From: an uncultured Actinomycetota bacterium
GTDB taxonomy: Bacteria; Actinomycetota; Aquicultoria; SKW223; CALKMS01
Direction of reading: 5' to 3'
Length of the DNA: 64,000 nucleotides
Assembly (NCBI GenBank): GCA_964426525.1
Contig: CAYRQL010000004.1
Coordinates: forward strand, 4,720-68,719
Shown here: positions 49,047 to 61,012 of the stretch, in pieces
How the letters are laid out: each line of letters starts with the position of its first letter
How positions within the stretch are numbered: position 1 is the stretch's first letter
The notes under the pieces: generated by a model
The model's input: the letters and a program-made list of their open reading frames with translations, nothing else
What the model was told of the DNA's origin: nothing
Database searches by the model: none
Program-made: the position numbers and the translations under genes

Positions 49047-50049
49047 CGAAGCCTTACTTTCTTCTTTTCCTCTAGATGAAGATAGAGAAGTTGAGGCTAG
49101 CTTACGCCCTTGCTTTTTAAAGGAGTTTATTGGGCAAGAAAAGATAAAGGAAACACTTTCTATTATCCTTAGAGCTGCCCAGGGAAGGTCTGAGTGCCTG
49201 GATCATCTTCTTTTTTGTGGTCCACCGGGTCTTGGTAAAACTACGATGGCGACCATTATTGCTAATGAGTTGAGCGCCAAAGTTAAAATTACTTCAGGTC
49301 CAGCTCTCGAAAGAGCAGGGGATTTAGCAGCCATTTTGACTTCTTTAGAGGAAGGTGACGTTCTTTTTATTGATGAAATTCATCGTCTTTCGCGAACAGT
49401 GGAGGAAATTCTTTATCCAGCTCTTGAAGATTACAAGCTTGACATTATTATTGGTAGGGGCCCTTCAGCGCGAACCTTGCGCCTTTTTTTATCGCCATTT
49501 ACTTTGATTGGCGCAACAACCCGACCTGGACTCTTAACAGCTCCTTTAAGAGATAGGTTTGGTCAGACAATCCGATTTGATTTTTATTCTCCTGAGGAAC
49601 TAAAGGAAGTAGTCCTTCGTTCAGCTAAAATTTTAAAGATTGTTATTACTGAAGAAGGAGCCGTCGAGATTGCTCGACGCTCTCGGGGCACACCTCGCGT
49701 TGCTAACCGACTATTAAGAAGAGTCAGAGATTATGCTCAAGTTAAGAAAGATGGTTTGATCGATGAGCAAGTAGCCCGCGAAGCTTTGGATTTTTACGAG
49801 GTTGATGAAAAAGGTTTAGACGCTCTTGACCGCAAAATACTTTCAACCTTAATCGAAAAGTTTCAGAGTAAACCGGTTGGTTTAAACACCCTGGCTGTTT
49901 CGGTTGGTGAAGACCCGCATACTATTGAAGATGTTTATGAACCCTACCTTTTGCAATTAGGCCTAGTTCAGAGAACTCCTCGAGGGCGAGTTCCGACTGA
50001 GCATGCTTTCGAACATTTAGGGATAAAGAAAAAAGGGACTCTTTTTTGA
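49039..50049 (+). CDS. ruvB: Holliday junction DNA helicase RuvB
   Basis: 'GPPGLGKTT', 'LFIDEIHRL', 'GATTRPG'. Confidence 0.9.
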   Translation: MTDEALLSSFPLDEDREVEASLRPCFLKEFIGQEKIKETLSIILRAAQGRSECLDHLLFCGPPGLGKTTMATIIANELSAKVKITSGPALERAGDLAAILTSLEEGDVLFIDEIHRLSRTVEEILYPALEDYKLDIIIGRGPSARTLRLFLSPFTLIGATTRPGLLTAPLRDRFGQTIRFDFYSPEELKEVVLRSAKILKIVITEEGAVEIARRSRGTPRVANRLLRRVRDYAQVKKDGLIDEQVAREALDFYEVDEKGLDALDRKILSTLIEKFQSKPVGLNTLAVSVGEDPHTIEDVYEPYLLQLGLVQRTPRGRVPTEHAFEHLGIKKKGTLF

Positions 50050-50080
50050 ATTGGCTGAAAAACTCCGTTAAAATTATCTT

Positions 50081-50452
50081 ATGAATAAATCAATAGGGTT
50101 AATTTTAATTGCCGTTGTATTTTCAGTTAGCGGCCAGCTTTTGTTGAAAGCCGGAGCAAATAAAGTAGGCCGAATTGAAGCTTCTGCTCTCAAGAACCCA
50201 TTGCAAATAGTTTTTTCTTTTTTCAAATCTCCATTAATCATATTTGGGCTTTTACTTTTCTTAATCAGTGCTTTTCTCTGGATTATTGCTTTGACCCGCG
50301 TTGACTTGAGCTTTGCTTATCCATTAGTTGGAACAAGCTATGTTTTAATTCTTCTATTTTCCCGAATATTTCTTGGCGAGGATGTCAATATTCTTCGTTG
50401 GTTTGGGGCTTTGCTGGTTGCCTTAGGCGTAGTTCTAATTAGTCGGGGGTAG
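50081..50452 (+). CDS. half-size EamA/DMT-like 4-TM membrane protein
   Basis: 123 aa with four hydrophobic helices and an ArnE/ArnF-like pattern ('SGQLLLKAG'). Confidence 0.5.
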   Translation: MNKSIGLILIAVVFSVSGQLLLKAGANKVGRIEASALKNPLQIVFSFFKSPLIIFGLLLFLISAFLWIIALTRVDLSFAYPLVGTSYVLILLFSRIFLGEDVNILRWFGALLVALGVVLISRG

Positions 50453-50454
50453 TT

Positions 50455-51003
50455 TTGAGTCTGGTTTTGCACGTTTGTTGTTCTCCTTGTGCCATTTATC
50501 CTATTAAAACCTTAAAAGAAGCAGATGACTTATTGCTTTATTATTTCAATCCGAATATACATCCTTATCAGGAATACCAGAAAAGATTGGAAGCTTTTAA
50601 GTTTTTAGCGGAAGAGCTTAGTTTATCCAGCGAAGTTGGTGAATATCGTCCAGAATTGTATTTTCAATCAATTGGGGAAACGACGGAGAAACCAGAAAGA
50701 TGTCGACAGTGCTATTCTTTGAGACTCAAAGATACCGCCCGATTAGCTAAAAACCGAGGGATAAAGAGAATTACTACTACTTTACTGGTTAGTCCTTACC
50801 AGGAACATAAGTTGGTTTGCGAGGAAGGAGAAAGGGCAGCTCAAGAGTTTGGGCTGGAGTTTGTTTGCTTTGATTTTCGTTCAGGTTATTACCAGGGGAT
50901 AAACGAAGCAAGGGAGAAGGGAATTTACCGTCAGTGGTATTGCGGGTGTCTGTTTAGCGAAATAGAGCGAGTGAAAGAAAAAGAGGCCAAGAAAAATGCG
51001 TGA
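50455..51003 (+). CDS. queH: epoxyqueuosine reductase QueH (DUF208)
   Basis: The hallmark 'LHVCCSPCA', then 'YFNPNIHP', 'CRQCY' and 'YCGCLFS' Cys clusters. Confidence 0.8.
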   Translation: MSLVLHVCCSPCAIYPIKTLKEADDLLLYYFNPNIHPYQEYQKRLEAFKFLAEELSLSSEVGEYRPELYFQSIGETTEKPERCRQCYSLRLKDTARLAKNRGIKRITTTLLVSPYQEHKLVCEEGERAAQEFGLEFVCFDFRSGYYQGINEAREKGIYRQWYCGCLFSEIERVKEKEAKKNA

Positions 51004-51241
51004 GCTTGATTATCTTGGTAAAATGCTTATTATTCTCGGGGTTTTAATGCTACTCGCTGGTTTGCTTTTAATGATTCTTTCTCGGTTTTTCAAAAGCGGG
51101 GGTTTTGGGCTCTTGCCAGGCGATATTTTAATTAAAAAAGGGAACTTTACTTTCTTTTTTCCGATAGTTACTGGCTTGGTTTTGAGTCTTGTTTTAACAG
51201 TCGTTTTAAATCTTGTGTTTTGGTTTTTAAGTCGAAAATGA
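50996..51241 (+). CDS. DUF2905 small membrane protein
   Basis: 81 aa with two TM segments and 'LPGDILIKKGNFTFFFP'. This is the conserved position before queA. Confidence 0.7.
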   Translation: MRELDYLGKMLIILGVLMLLAGLLLMILSRFFKSGGFGLLPGDILIKKGNFTFFFPIVTGLVLSLVLTVVLNLVFWFLSRK

Positions 51242-52251
51242 AAACTGAGTTTTTTGACTTTCGCATTCCTCCTGAACTTATAGCACAGGAACCTGCATCT
51301 TCACCTGAGAGTTGCCGCTTGATGGTTTTGGAAAAAAACGAAGGCAAGATTAGACATTGCTACTTTCACCAAATTGTTGACTATTTTAACCCTGATGATT
51401 GCTTGGTTCTTAATGATACTCGCGTTATTAAAGTTCGTTTGCATGGTAAGAGGGGAACTGGGGGTAAGGTAGAGGTTTTGCTTTTGCGTAAAATCAAGAG
51501 TAGCCTTTGGGAAGCGCTGGTTAAGCCAGGAAGGAAAGTTAGGTTTGGGGAAGTTATTTTTTTTAAGGCTGGCCTCCAGGGGAAAATAATTGGCGAGGGT
51601 GAAGGCGGAGTGAAATTAGTTGAGTTTAACACCTCGGCACTTAAGAAAATTGAGATGGCAGGGGAAATTCCATTGCCTCCTTATATCAAAGCTCCTCTAA
51701 AAGACGAAAGGAATTATCAAACGGTGTATGCCCGGGTTCCAGGTTCCGCTGCTGCCCCAACTGCTGGTCTTCACTTCACGCCACATTTACTAGAAAAAAT
51801 AAAAGAAAAAGGTGTTAAAATTGGCTGGGTGACCCTTCATATTGGTTTAGATACCTTTCGTCCAATACATGAAGATGAGGTAGAAAAACATTTAATTCAT
51901 AAAGAATACCTTAAAATTCCTAAGAAAACGGTTGAGATTGTGAATGAAACTCGAGAAAGAGGTGGTCGTGTTTTTGCGTGCGGAACAACAGTGGTAAGAG
52001 CATTAGAAACAGGAGCTCTGGAGAATGGAGAGCTACAACCTTACGAAGGTAATACTTCTCTTTATATTTATCCTGGATTTAAATTTAAAGCTGTTGATGC
52101 TCTGATAACCAACTTCCATTTTCCCCGCTCAACTTTGATAGTGTTGGTTTCAGCTTTTGCTGGCCGTAGTAAAATTATTAAAGCTTATGAGCAAGCAGTA
52201 AGGCTTAAATATCGTTTTTTTTCCTTTGGCGACGCTATGCTAATAATTTGA
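51238..52251 (+). CDS. queA: S-adenosylmethionine:tRNA ribosyltransferase-isomerase
   Basis: 'FDFRIPPELIAQEP' and 'TAGLHFT'. The ATG overlaps the DUF2905 TGA (ATGA). Confidence 0.9.
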   Translation: MKTEFFDFRIPPELIAQEPASSPESCRLMVLEKNEGKIRHCYFHQIVDYFNPDDCLVLNDTRVIKVRLHGKRGTGGKVEVLLLRKIKSSLWEALVKPGRKVRFGEVIFFKAGLQGKIIGEGEGGVKLVEFNTSALKKIEMAGEIPLPPYIKAPLKDERNYQTVYARVPGSAAAPTAGLHFTPHLLEKIKEKGVKIGWVTLHIGLDTFRPIHEDEVEKHLIHKEYLKIPKKTVEIVNETRERGGRVFACGTTVVRALETGALENGELQPYEGNTSLYIYPGFKFKAVDALITNFHFPRSTLIVLVSAFAGRSKIIKAYEQAVRLKYRFFSFGDAMLII

Positions 52252-52255
52252 TTAA

Positions 52256-54295
<2,040 letters not shown>

Positions 54296-54384
54296 AGCTG
54301 GATATACAATTTTCAACTCACAAATCCTGGCTATCTTCTCCTTTTTTTACTTTATTTCTCTGGCTTGTCTGGGGAGCTTTTCTG

Positions 54385-54990
54385 TTGACATTTACTTTGC
54401 TTTTACAAAAAGTCGGCTTGATTAAGAGCTATTTTGCTTCAATTGTGGTGATTATGTTCTTTTTTTATTTAGGAGGACTTTTTTTGGTCTGGTGTTTTAG
54501 AGCTCGAAAAAGTGGTTGGTCATCAATTGGCTTTTCCAATTTTACTTTATCTGCTTTAATCTGGGGGACTTTTGCTTTTTTTCTTTTTTTCTCATTCTCT
54601 ACTATTTATGGATATCTGCTGGCTATTTTTGGCTACGATTTAAATAAAGCATATGATCTCTCTCGCTTTTTCTCGAAAGTTGAAGGTTGGTGGTTGCTTC
54701 CAACTTTTTTAGTGGTTGGCTTTTTGGGCCCTTTGACGGAAGAGTTGTTTTTCCGTGGCTACCTTTATCTTTACTTGCGAGAAAAGAAAGGACTTTTAAC
54801 AGCCTTATTTCTTTCAAGTTTTACCTTTTCGCTTTTACACTTGTCATTTTTATTTGTCCTTCCGTTTTTATTTTTTGGAATTCTCTCTGCTTTGATGGTT
54901 GAAAAAAGAAGCTCTCTTGACGCCAGCTTGATTTTTCATATACTCAATAATGTTCTTGCACTTGTTGTTTATATTTTTGTACGAGTTTAG
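54385..54990 (+). CDS. CPBP-family intramembrane metalloprotease
   Basis: 'EELFFRGY', 'FSLLH', 'HILNN'. The start is uncertain. Confidence 0.7.
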   Translation: MTFTLLLQKVGLIKSYFASIVVIMFFFYLGGLFLVWCFRARKSGWSSIGFSNFTLSALIWGTFAFFLFFSFSTIYGYLLAIFGYDLNKAYDLSRFFSKVEGWWLLPTFLVVGFLGPLTEELFFRGYLYLYLREKKGLLTALFLSSFTFSLLHLSFLFVLPFLFFGILSALMVEKRSSLDASLIFHILNNVLALVVYIFVRV

Positions 54991-55008
54991 TTTAGAAGGA
55001 GTTAAAAA

Positions 55009-55290
55009 ATGATTTCTAAAGAGGACGTTAAACACATTGCCTGGTTAGCTCGGCTTGAAATCACTGAAAAAGAGATTGAAAAATTTACTCAGCAGCTTGG
55101 CCAAATTCTCCAGCATGCTAGCAAAATCAAAGAAGTTAATACTCAGAATATTAAGCCAACAGCTCATCCTCAACCCTTGAAGAATGTTTTTCGTGAAGAT
55201 GTAGCTAAAGAGTCAATTACATTAGAGAAAGCTTTAAAGAACGCACCTAAAAAGGAATCAGGAGCCTTTACTGTGCCCAGGATTAGCTAA
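55009..55290 (+). CDS. gatC: Asp/Glu-tRNA amidotransferase subunit C
   Basis: 'VKHIAWLARLEITEKE'. Confidence 0.85.
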   Translation: MISKEDVKHIAWLARLEITEKEIEKFTQQLGQILQHASKIKEVNTQNIKPTAHPQPLKNVFREDVAKESITLEKALKNAPKKESGAFTVPRIS

Positions 55291-55296
55291 AAGAGA

Positions 55297-56748
55297 ATGA
55301 ATACGAAACGCCATCCCTTAGCTCAAAAAGTTATTAAAGGAGAGGTAAAACCTACTGAAGCTTTAGAGCATTGTCTGGGAAGAATTGAGAGACTTAACCC
55401 TTCCCTGAATGCTTTTTTAACAATTTGCGCCGAAGAAGCTTTAACTCAAGCAAAAAAAATAGAGGAGAAGATAATAAAAGGTGAAAGTTTAGGTGTTTTA
55501 GCTGGTGTTCCGGTGGCGGTTAAAGACAATATTTGCACGAAAGGAGTTCGTACTACTTGTGCATCGAAAATTTTAGAAAACTTCATTCCAATTTATGATG
55601 CAACAATTGTCGAAAAGCTCAAAGCTCAAGATGCCGTGATTATTGGCAAAACTAATATGGATGAGTTTGCTATGGGCTCATCCACTGAAAACTCAGCCTT
55701 TGGCCCTTCTAAAAATCCCTGGGATTTAGAGCGAGCCCCTGGTGGTTCTTCCGGTGGCTCAGCGGTAGCGGTCGCTTCTGGTCTTGCTCCTTTAGCTTTA
55801 GGTTCTGATACAGGAGGGTCAATTCGCCAGCCAGCAGCTTTTTGTGGTTTAGTAGGACTCAAGCCAACTTATGGTTTAGTGTCACGCTATGGTTTGGTAG
55901 CATTTGCCTCTTCTCTTGATCAGATTGGCCCAATGGCTGGGAATGTTGCTGAATGTGCTTTATTGCTTCAAGTGATAGCTGGTCATGACTCTAAAGATTC
56001 AACTTCATTTCCCTATGTGGTGCCTGATTATTTAGCTTCCTTAAGAGAAATGCCTAAAAAGATAAAAGTTGGAGTTGTTAAAGAGCTTTCTGGTGAGGGG
56101 ATAGAGAAAGGGGTTAAAGAAGTATTAAATGAGGCTTTAAACAAGTTAGCGAATACAGGGATAGTCATTGAAGAAGTTTCCTTGCCCTCCTTTGATTACG
56201 CATTATCAGCTTATTATCTTATTGCACCAGCTGAGGCCAGCTCGAATTTAGCGCGTTATGATGGCGTTCGTTATGGGTTTCGCGATTTTGAAGCAAAAGA
56301 TATTTGGGAGATGTATGCTAAGACAAGGGCTAAAGGTTTTGGAGCGGAAGTAAAAAGAAGAATAATGCTGGGAACTTATGCTTTATCTGCTGGCTATTAT
56401 GAAGCCTATTATGGCCAGGCTCAAAAAATTAGAACCTTAATCATTCAGGATTTTAACCGCGCTTTTGAGAAATACGATCTATTAGTGTCGCCGACTGCTC
56501 CATCAGTTCCATTTAAATTAGGCGAGAAAGTTGACGACCCTTTGCAAATGTATCTTTCAGATATTTGCACTATTCCGGTTAACTTAGCCGGTTTGCCGGC
56601 AATTTCTCTTCCAGCTGGTCTTTCCAGTGGCTTACCGGTGGGTTTTCAGATAATAGGTCCTTCTTTCAGTGAACCTTTGATTTTTCAACTTGCACTTCTA
56701 GCTGAAGAAACCTTTCTTTTTCAGTCAAGGCCTTCATTGTTAGATTGA
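55297..56748 (+). CDS. gatA: Asp/Glu-tRNA amidotransferase subunit A
   Basis: Amidase signature 'GGSSGGSAVAVASG' and 'KDNICTKG'. Confidence 0.9.
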   Translation: MNTKRHPLAQKVIKGEVKPTEALEHCLGRIERLNPSLNAFLTICAEEALTQAKKIEEKIIKGESLGVLAGVPVAVKDNICTKGVRTTCASKILENFIPIYDATIVEKLKAQDAVIIGKTNMDEFAMGSSTENSAFGPSKNPWDLERAPGGSSGGSAVAVASGLAPLALGSDTGGSIRQPAAFCGLVGLKPTYGLVSRYGLVAFASSLDQIGPMAGNVAECALLLQVIAGHDSKDSTSFPYVVPDYLASLREMPKKIKVGVVKELSGEGIEKGVKEVLNEALNKLANTGIVIEEVSLPSFDYALSAYYLIAPAEASSNLARYDGVRYGFRDFEAKDIWEMYAKTRAKGFGAEVKRRIMLGTYALSAGYYEAYYGQAQKIRTLIIQDFNRAFEKYDLLVSPTAPSVPFKLGEKVDDPLQMYLSDICTIPVNLAGLPAISLPAGLSSGLPVGFQIIGPSFSEPLIFQLALLAEETFLFQSRPSLLD

Positions 56749-56868
56749 CAGGTTTGTGTCTATTGTAATTTGCTTTTAATTGCATCCCCTGGCACTCAAC
56801 CACAAATTACAAAAAATTGCTGCGAATTAACACTAAAGAAAACTCGTTAATTAAACTTTACTTAAATA

Positions 56869-57720
56869 TTACTGCGATTTTTTCACCAATGCTTTGTAAG
56901 CTTGGTGAATTTTTTGGTAAACAGAGCCAGGTCGCCCGTTGCCAATTTTTTTGCCTTCCACTTCAACTACTGGCATTACTTCTCTTAGTGTACTGGTGAT
57001 AAAAATCTCTTCTGCTTCGAAAATCTCTTCCTTATTAACGGTTTTTTCTTGAATCTCAAATCCAAGAAAAGGAGCAATTTCCAGAATTATTTCTCGGGTT
57101 ATTCCGGGGAGTAGACCAGCTTCAATTGGAGGGGTAATTATTTCTTTATTTTTAACCAAGAATATATTGGAGAAAATTGCTTCAGTGAGTTCATTGTTAA
57201 AATTAAGATAAAAACCTTCGTCTAATCCTTTCTCTTTAAGTTCGTTCAATGCCAATAAGCGATTGATAAAGCAAGTTGTTTTTAGCTGTGGCAAAATTGA
57301 GCTCTGATTGACCCTTTCTTCCAAAAAGGTAACTTTAAGGCCACTGCGGTAAAAGCTTAAAGGATAGCTTTTGAAAGGTTGAGTAAAGATAAAAACTGTT
57401 GGAGAAGTTGCCTCTTTTAAGCCAGGTGTACCATCGCTTATTCCTTGAGTAACAGTGATTCTCATTTTAGCGTCTTTTGAGTTGTTGATTTTTATCAGTT
57501 TTTCGCTGGCTTTTTTTAATTCTTTGATAGGAGGTAAAGTAATTTTTAAAATCCCGGCTGATTTTGCTAAGCGGTTGAGATGGCGACCTAAAGCAAAAGG
57601 GAAACCGTTGTAAACTCGAATGGTTTCAAAGAGACCATATCCGTAAAGGAAACCAAAGTCAAAAGGATTGACTGAAGCTTTTTGAGTTTTGACATACTCT
57701 CCATTTAAATAAACAAACAT
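56869..57720 (-). CDS. pabC: class IV aminotransferase, probable aminodeoxychorismate lyase
   Basis: 'FLYGYGLFETIRV'. It lies downstream of pabB and is coupled to it. Confidence 0.7.
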   Translation of the reverse strand: MFVYLNGEYVKTQKASVNPFDFGFLYGYGLFETIRVYNGFPFALGRHLNRLAKSAGILKITLPPIKELKKASEKLIKINNSKDAKMRITVTQGISDGTPGLKEATSPTVFIFTQPFKSYPLSFYRSGLKVTFLEERVNQSSILPQLKTTCFINRLLALNELKEKGLDEGFYLNFNNELTEAIFSNIFLVKNKEIITPPIEAGLLPGITREIILEIAPFLGFEIQEKTVNKEEIFEAEEIFITSTLREVMPVVEVEGKKIGNGRPGSVYQKIHQAYKALVKKSQ

Positions 57721-59105
57721 TATTCCTCCAATGCTTTAAAAAGTGCCTTGCCTTTATGTAAGGTTTCTTCATACTCTAATTCGGGCTGGGAGTCAGCCAC
57801 AATTCCTCCGCCTACTTGAAAAAAAGCTTGGTTTTCCTTAACTACCAATGTTCTAATAACAATATTTAAATCCATTTGACCATTAAAAGAAAGGTAGCCT
57901 AAAGCTCCAGTGTAAGGCCCTCTCTTGGTTGGTTCGAGTTCTTCAATTATTTCCATTGCTCGCACTTTTGGGGCGCCAGTGATTGATCCGCCAGGGAAAG
58001 TTGCTTGTAAAAGGTCAAACTGGTCAAGTTCTTCTCTTAAGTTGGCTTTTATAATTGAGACTAAATGATGTACAGTAGCATAGTTTTCTACTTTAAAAAG
58101 CTTTTCTACTTTTACCGAGCCGGTTTTGGCGACTTTTCCGAGGTCATTGCGTTCGAGATCAACAATCATCAGGTTTTCGGCTTTTTCTTTTGAACTCGTA
58201 ACAAGTTCATCAGCTAACTTTTGGTCTCTGATTCGGTTTTTGCTTCTTGGTCTGGTGCCTTTTATTGGCCGCGTTTCTACTAAGCCGTTAGGTTTCAAAA
58301 GAAGAAATCTTTCTGGTGAGGAAGAAATCAGAGAAAGTTCAGAAAAGTTCAGATAAGCAGCAAAAGGGGCAGGATTAATTTCTTGCAAGCGTGAAAAAAT
58401 TTGAAATGGGTTGGAAATTAAATCAGTTTGAAAACGTTGAGAAAGATTTACCTGAAAAATGTCGCCAGCATAGATGTAATCAATAGCTTTTTTGACCGCC
58501 TCAAGATATTTCTTCTTGGTGAAGTTCGATTTAAAATATTTACCAGCCTTTACTTCAATTTTTTTTGAAGGTAAATGAGGTGATCTATTTTTTAAAGTTT
58601 TGATTATTTCTTCCAAACTTAGGCTAGATTTTTCAGTGACGACAAGAAAAGTTTTTTCGTTGAAGTGGTCAGTGATGATTGACCAGCCGTAGAATCCCAA
58701 ATAAAGAAGCGGCGCTTTTAGGTCATTCACCGCTAGAGATGGCAGTTCTTCAATGTAGTCTTTAAGATCGTAAGAAAAATATCCAATAGCACCCCCAATA
58801 AAAGGGAGCTCAGAGTTTTCATTTCCCTTTGGAGTTGAGGCTAACCAGATATTTTTTAAGATTTTTAAGGGATTTCCGCTTAAAAGTTTTTTTTCTTTAC
58901 TTGTTTTGACTGTAACTTTGTCAGCTTCCGCTTTAAAGATGAGATAGGGTTCAGCACTTAGAATCGAGTAGCGCCCAATTTCTGGATGAAAATAGCTACT
59001 TTCGAGCAGAACAGGATGTGAAAGGTGAGAAAACCGAGGGAAAATATTTCTTAAGGGAGAAAGCTTCTCCTTTGGTATGATTTGGTTCAGATTTATAACT
59101 TCCAC
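57720..59105 (-). CDS. pabB: aminodeoxychorismate synthase component I
   Basis: Chorismate-binding 'FPGGSITGAPKVRAMEIIEELE' and 'RGPYTGALGY'. Confidence 0.8.
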   Translation of the reverse strand: MEVINLNQIIPKEKLSPLRNIFPRFSHLSHPVLLESSYFHPEIGRYSILSAEPYLIFKAEADKVTVKTSKEKKLLSGNPLKILKNIWLASTPKGNENSELPFIGGAIGYFSYDLKDYIEELPSLAVNDLKAPLLYLGFYGWSIITDHFNEKTFLVVTEKSSLSLEEIIKTLKNRSPHLPSKKIEVKAGKYFKSNFTKKKYLEAVKKAIDYIYAGDIFQVNLSQRFQTDLISNPFQIFSRLQEINPAPFAAYLNFSELSLISSSPERFLLLKPNGLVETRPIKGTRPRSKNRIRDQKLADELVTSSKEKAENLMIVDLERNDLGKVAKTGSVKVEKLFKVENYATVHHLVSIIKANLREELDQFDLLQATFPGGSITGAPKVRAMEIIEELEPTKRGPYTGALGYLSFNGQMDLNIVIRTLVVKENQAFFQVGGGIVADSQPELEYEETLHKGKALFKALEE

Positions 59106-59144
59106 AGGTTAAATGTTAGCTGAAATCAAAAAAGGAAAAAATAG

Positions 59145-59173
59145 TTGCCGTTGGTCTTTAGCTTTGCTATGAT
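59145..59173 (+). promoter_or_regulatory. rpsT promoter TTGCCG -17- TATGAT
   Basis: Read directly. GGAGG at 59186-59190 lies 4 nt before ATG 59195. Confidence 0.45.
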
Positions 59174-59194
59174 ATGGCATCTCGAGGAGGTAAG

Positions 59195-59497
59195 ATGCCA
59201 AATATTAAGTCAAAAGCGAAAAGGATGAGACAAGCTGAAAAAAGGCGATTAAGGAATAAGGCAGTCAAGACTAGAGTTAAAAGTGTGATCAAAGAGTTTC
59301 AGGAAGCTTTTGAGGCTGGGAAAAGAGAGGAAGTTGCAAGCTGCCTTCCCCTTGTTTATAAAACTTTAGACAAAGCGGCATCCAAAGGAGTAATCCATAA
59401 ACGGAGGGCGGCAGCTTTCAAATCAAAAATGGCAAGAAAGCTCAACCAGCTTTCGCTCGAGTCTTCGAAAGCTGAAAAATCTTCTCCAAAAAAATAA
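59195..59497 (+). CDS. rpsT: 30S ribosomal protein S20
   Basis: 'MPNIKSKAKRMRQAEKRRLRNKAVKT'. The in-frame upstream extension from 59174 overlaps the promoter. Confidence 0.85.
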   Translation: MPNIKSKAKRMRQAEKRRLRNKAVKTRVKSVIKEFQEAFEAGKREEVASCLPLVYKTLDKAASKGVIHKRRAAAFKSKMARKLNQLSLESSKAEKSSPKK

Positions 59498-60407
59498 CCG
59501 GCACTACTGAAGGCCCCATTTTTCCTGTCTTAATGAGATAATCGAGCCTTAAACCTTCAAAGAGTGCTTTCTCCAATTCTTGAAAAGAAAAGTTGCTTGA
59601 TTCGTTTATTAAGTGGCGAATGTAGAATGGATTCAAGTTGAGTTTTTTTGCAATTATTTGGTAATTATTGACTCCTTCAACTGCAAAAGCTTTGACTTTC
59701 AACCATAGTCGTAATCGACTTAGAATTCGTGAGAGAAAAGCGGGAACTTCTGAAGGGTGAAAAACTGTTTTGGATAAAACTCTCAATACTTGTTGCTTAT
59801 CTTTTTTGGCCAAGGCTTTAAAAAGCTTAAAATTTAGGTCTTCAGTGCCTTCACTAAGTAAAAGTTTTAACTCTTGACTGCTTATCTTATTTTGGTTAGC
59901 AAAATAAAGAGCGATTTTTTTAATTTCTTGTTTAATTAAGCTGAAGTTGCTGCCGTATAAATTAATCAGGGCTTGGGAGAGCTTGTCGGAAACTTGCTTT
60001 CCTTGTTTGCCAAACTCAGCTTGAATTTTTTTTCTCAACAAGTTTTCATTAAAAACTATTTTTTTTACTTCTTTAAATCCTTTTAAAAATTCTGGTTTTA
60101 ATAAAGGATGCTGAGACTTTAGCTCTTCGGCTAAAATTATCAGGTGTTTTTCTTTTGATTGCTGATATATCTGGATTAAATTTTCTATTTCTTTTTTATT
60201 CAGTTTTTCACCCTGAAAAAGCAGGATCACCTCTCGGTTTTCAAAAAAGGGTATAACTGGTTGGGAAAGAAAGTTATCAATTTTTTCTTCTTCCAGATTA
60301 ATCTTTCGAATTTCAAATTGGCCAGGATTTTTCTTCTCAAATTTTTCGATTATTTCTTCAGCTTCAAAGTTAGCTAAATCTAAATCACCGTAAAAAAGGT
60401 AGATCAC
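59442..60407 (-). CDS. holA: DNA polymerase III delta subunit
   Basis: 'MIYLFYGDLDLANFEAEEI'. This is the conserved comEC-holA / rpsT neighbourhood. The GTG start overlaps the stop of the upstream response regulator. Confidence 0.8.
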   Translation of the reverse strand: MIYLFYGDLDLANFEAEEIIEKFEKKNPGQFEIRKINLEEEKIDNFLSQPVIPFFENREVILLFQGEKLNKKEIENLIQIYQQSKEKHLIILAEELKSQHPLLKPEFLKGFKEVKKIVFNENLLRKKIQAEFGKQGKQVSDKLSQALINLYGSNFSLIKQEIKKIALYFANQNKISSQELKLLLSEGTEDLNFKLFKALAKKDKQQVLRVLSKTVFHPSEVPAFLSRILSRLRLWLKVKAFAVEGVNNYQIIAKKLNLNPFYIRHLINESSNFSFQELEKALFEGLRLDYLIKTGKMGPSVVPVIFLEKIFQLSKTRAKAG

Positions 60408-61012
60408 TCTAACTCCAGATAACCTTTTTCGATTGCTCTGCTTACTGCTTGAGCTCGGTTTGCGACTCTCAATTTTTGGTAAATTGAGCGAAGATGAGTT
60501 TTAATTGTACTTTCGGAAAGAAAAAGCCTTCTAGAGGCTTCCTTAACTGTCAGCCCATCTTTCATCAGTTTAAGAATTTCTCTATCTCGAGGAGTGAGCA
60601 TTTCCTTTTCTGCTTCAGCCATAGCTTTTTCAAGTAAAGGGGAAATAAAAAACCCCTCTTTTTCAGCGGATTTAAGAGCTTTTATTATATCTTCAGTGGG
60701 TTCGTCTTTTAAAACGCAACCATCAAAGTAAGTTTTAACTTCAGGAGCCAGACTAACATCTCTAAGAAAACCGCTAAATAAGATAATTTTAATTACTGGC
60801 CACCTTTTCTTTATTTTTTTTCCGAGCTCTAATCCACTTTGACAGCCAAGTCTAAAGTCAATTATTATGAAGCGAGGAGGATTTTTTTCAATGAACTTGA
60901 GGGCTTTATCAGGCGAAGAAAAACTTCCAATTACTTGGTAGCCGTTAGATTCAAGAATCTCTTTAACTCCTATGCGGGAAACTTCGTGATCATCAATGAT
61001 GACTACTTTCAT
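60404..61012 (-). CDS. NarL/LuxR-family response regulator
   Basis: REC domain 'KVVIIDDHEVSRIG...IIIDFRLG', and HTH 'LTPRDREILKLMKDGLTVKEASRRLFLSESTIKTHLRSIYQKL'. The ATG overlaps the HK stop (ATGA). Confidence 0.85.
   Translation of the reverse strand: MKVVIIDDHEVSRIGVKEILESNGYQVIGSFSSPDKALKFIEKNPPRFIIIDFRLGCQSGLELGKKIKKRWPVIKIILFSGFLRDVSLAPEVKTYFDGCVLKDEPTEDIIKALKSAEKEGFFISPLLEKAMAEAEKEMLTPRDREILKLMKDGLTVKEASRRLFLSESTIKTHLRSIYQKLRVANRAQAVSRAIEKGYLELE

Noticed and set aside
59174-59194. Upstream start for rpsT (MASRGGK...)
   Set aside because: It overlaps the -10 of the rpsT promoter. ATG 59195 has a GGAGG 4 nt upstream and the canonical S20 N-terminus MPNIKS.
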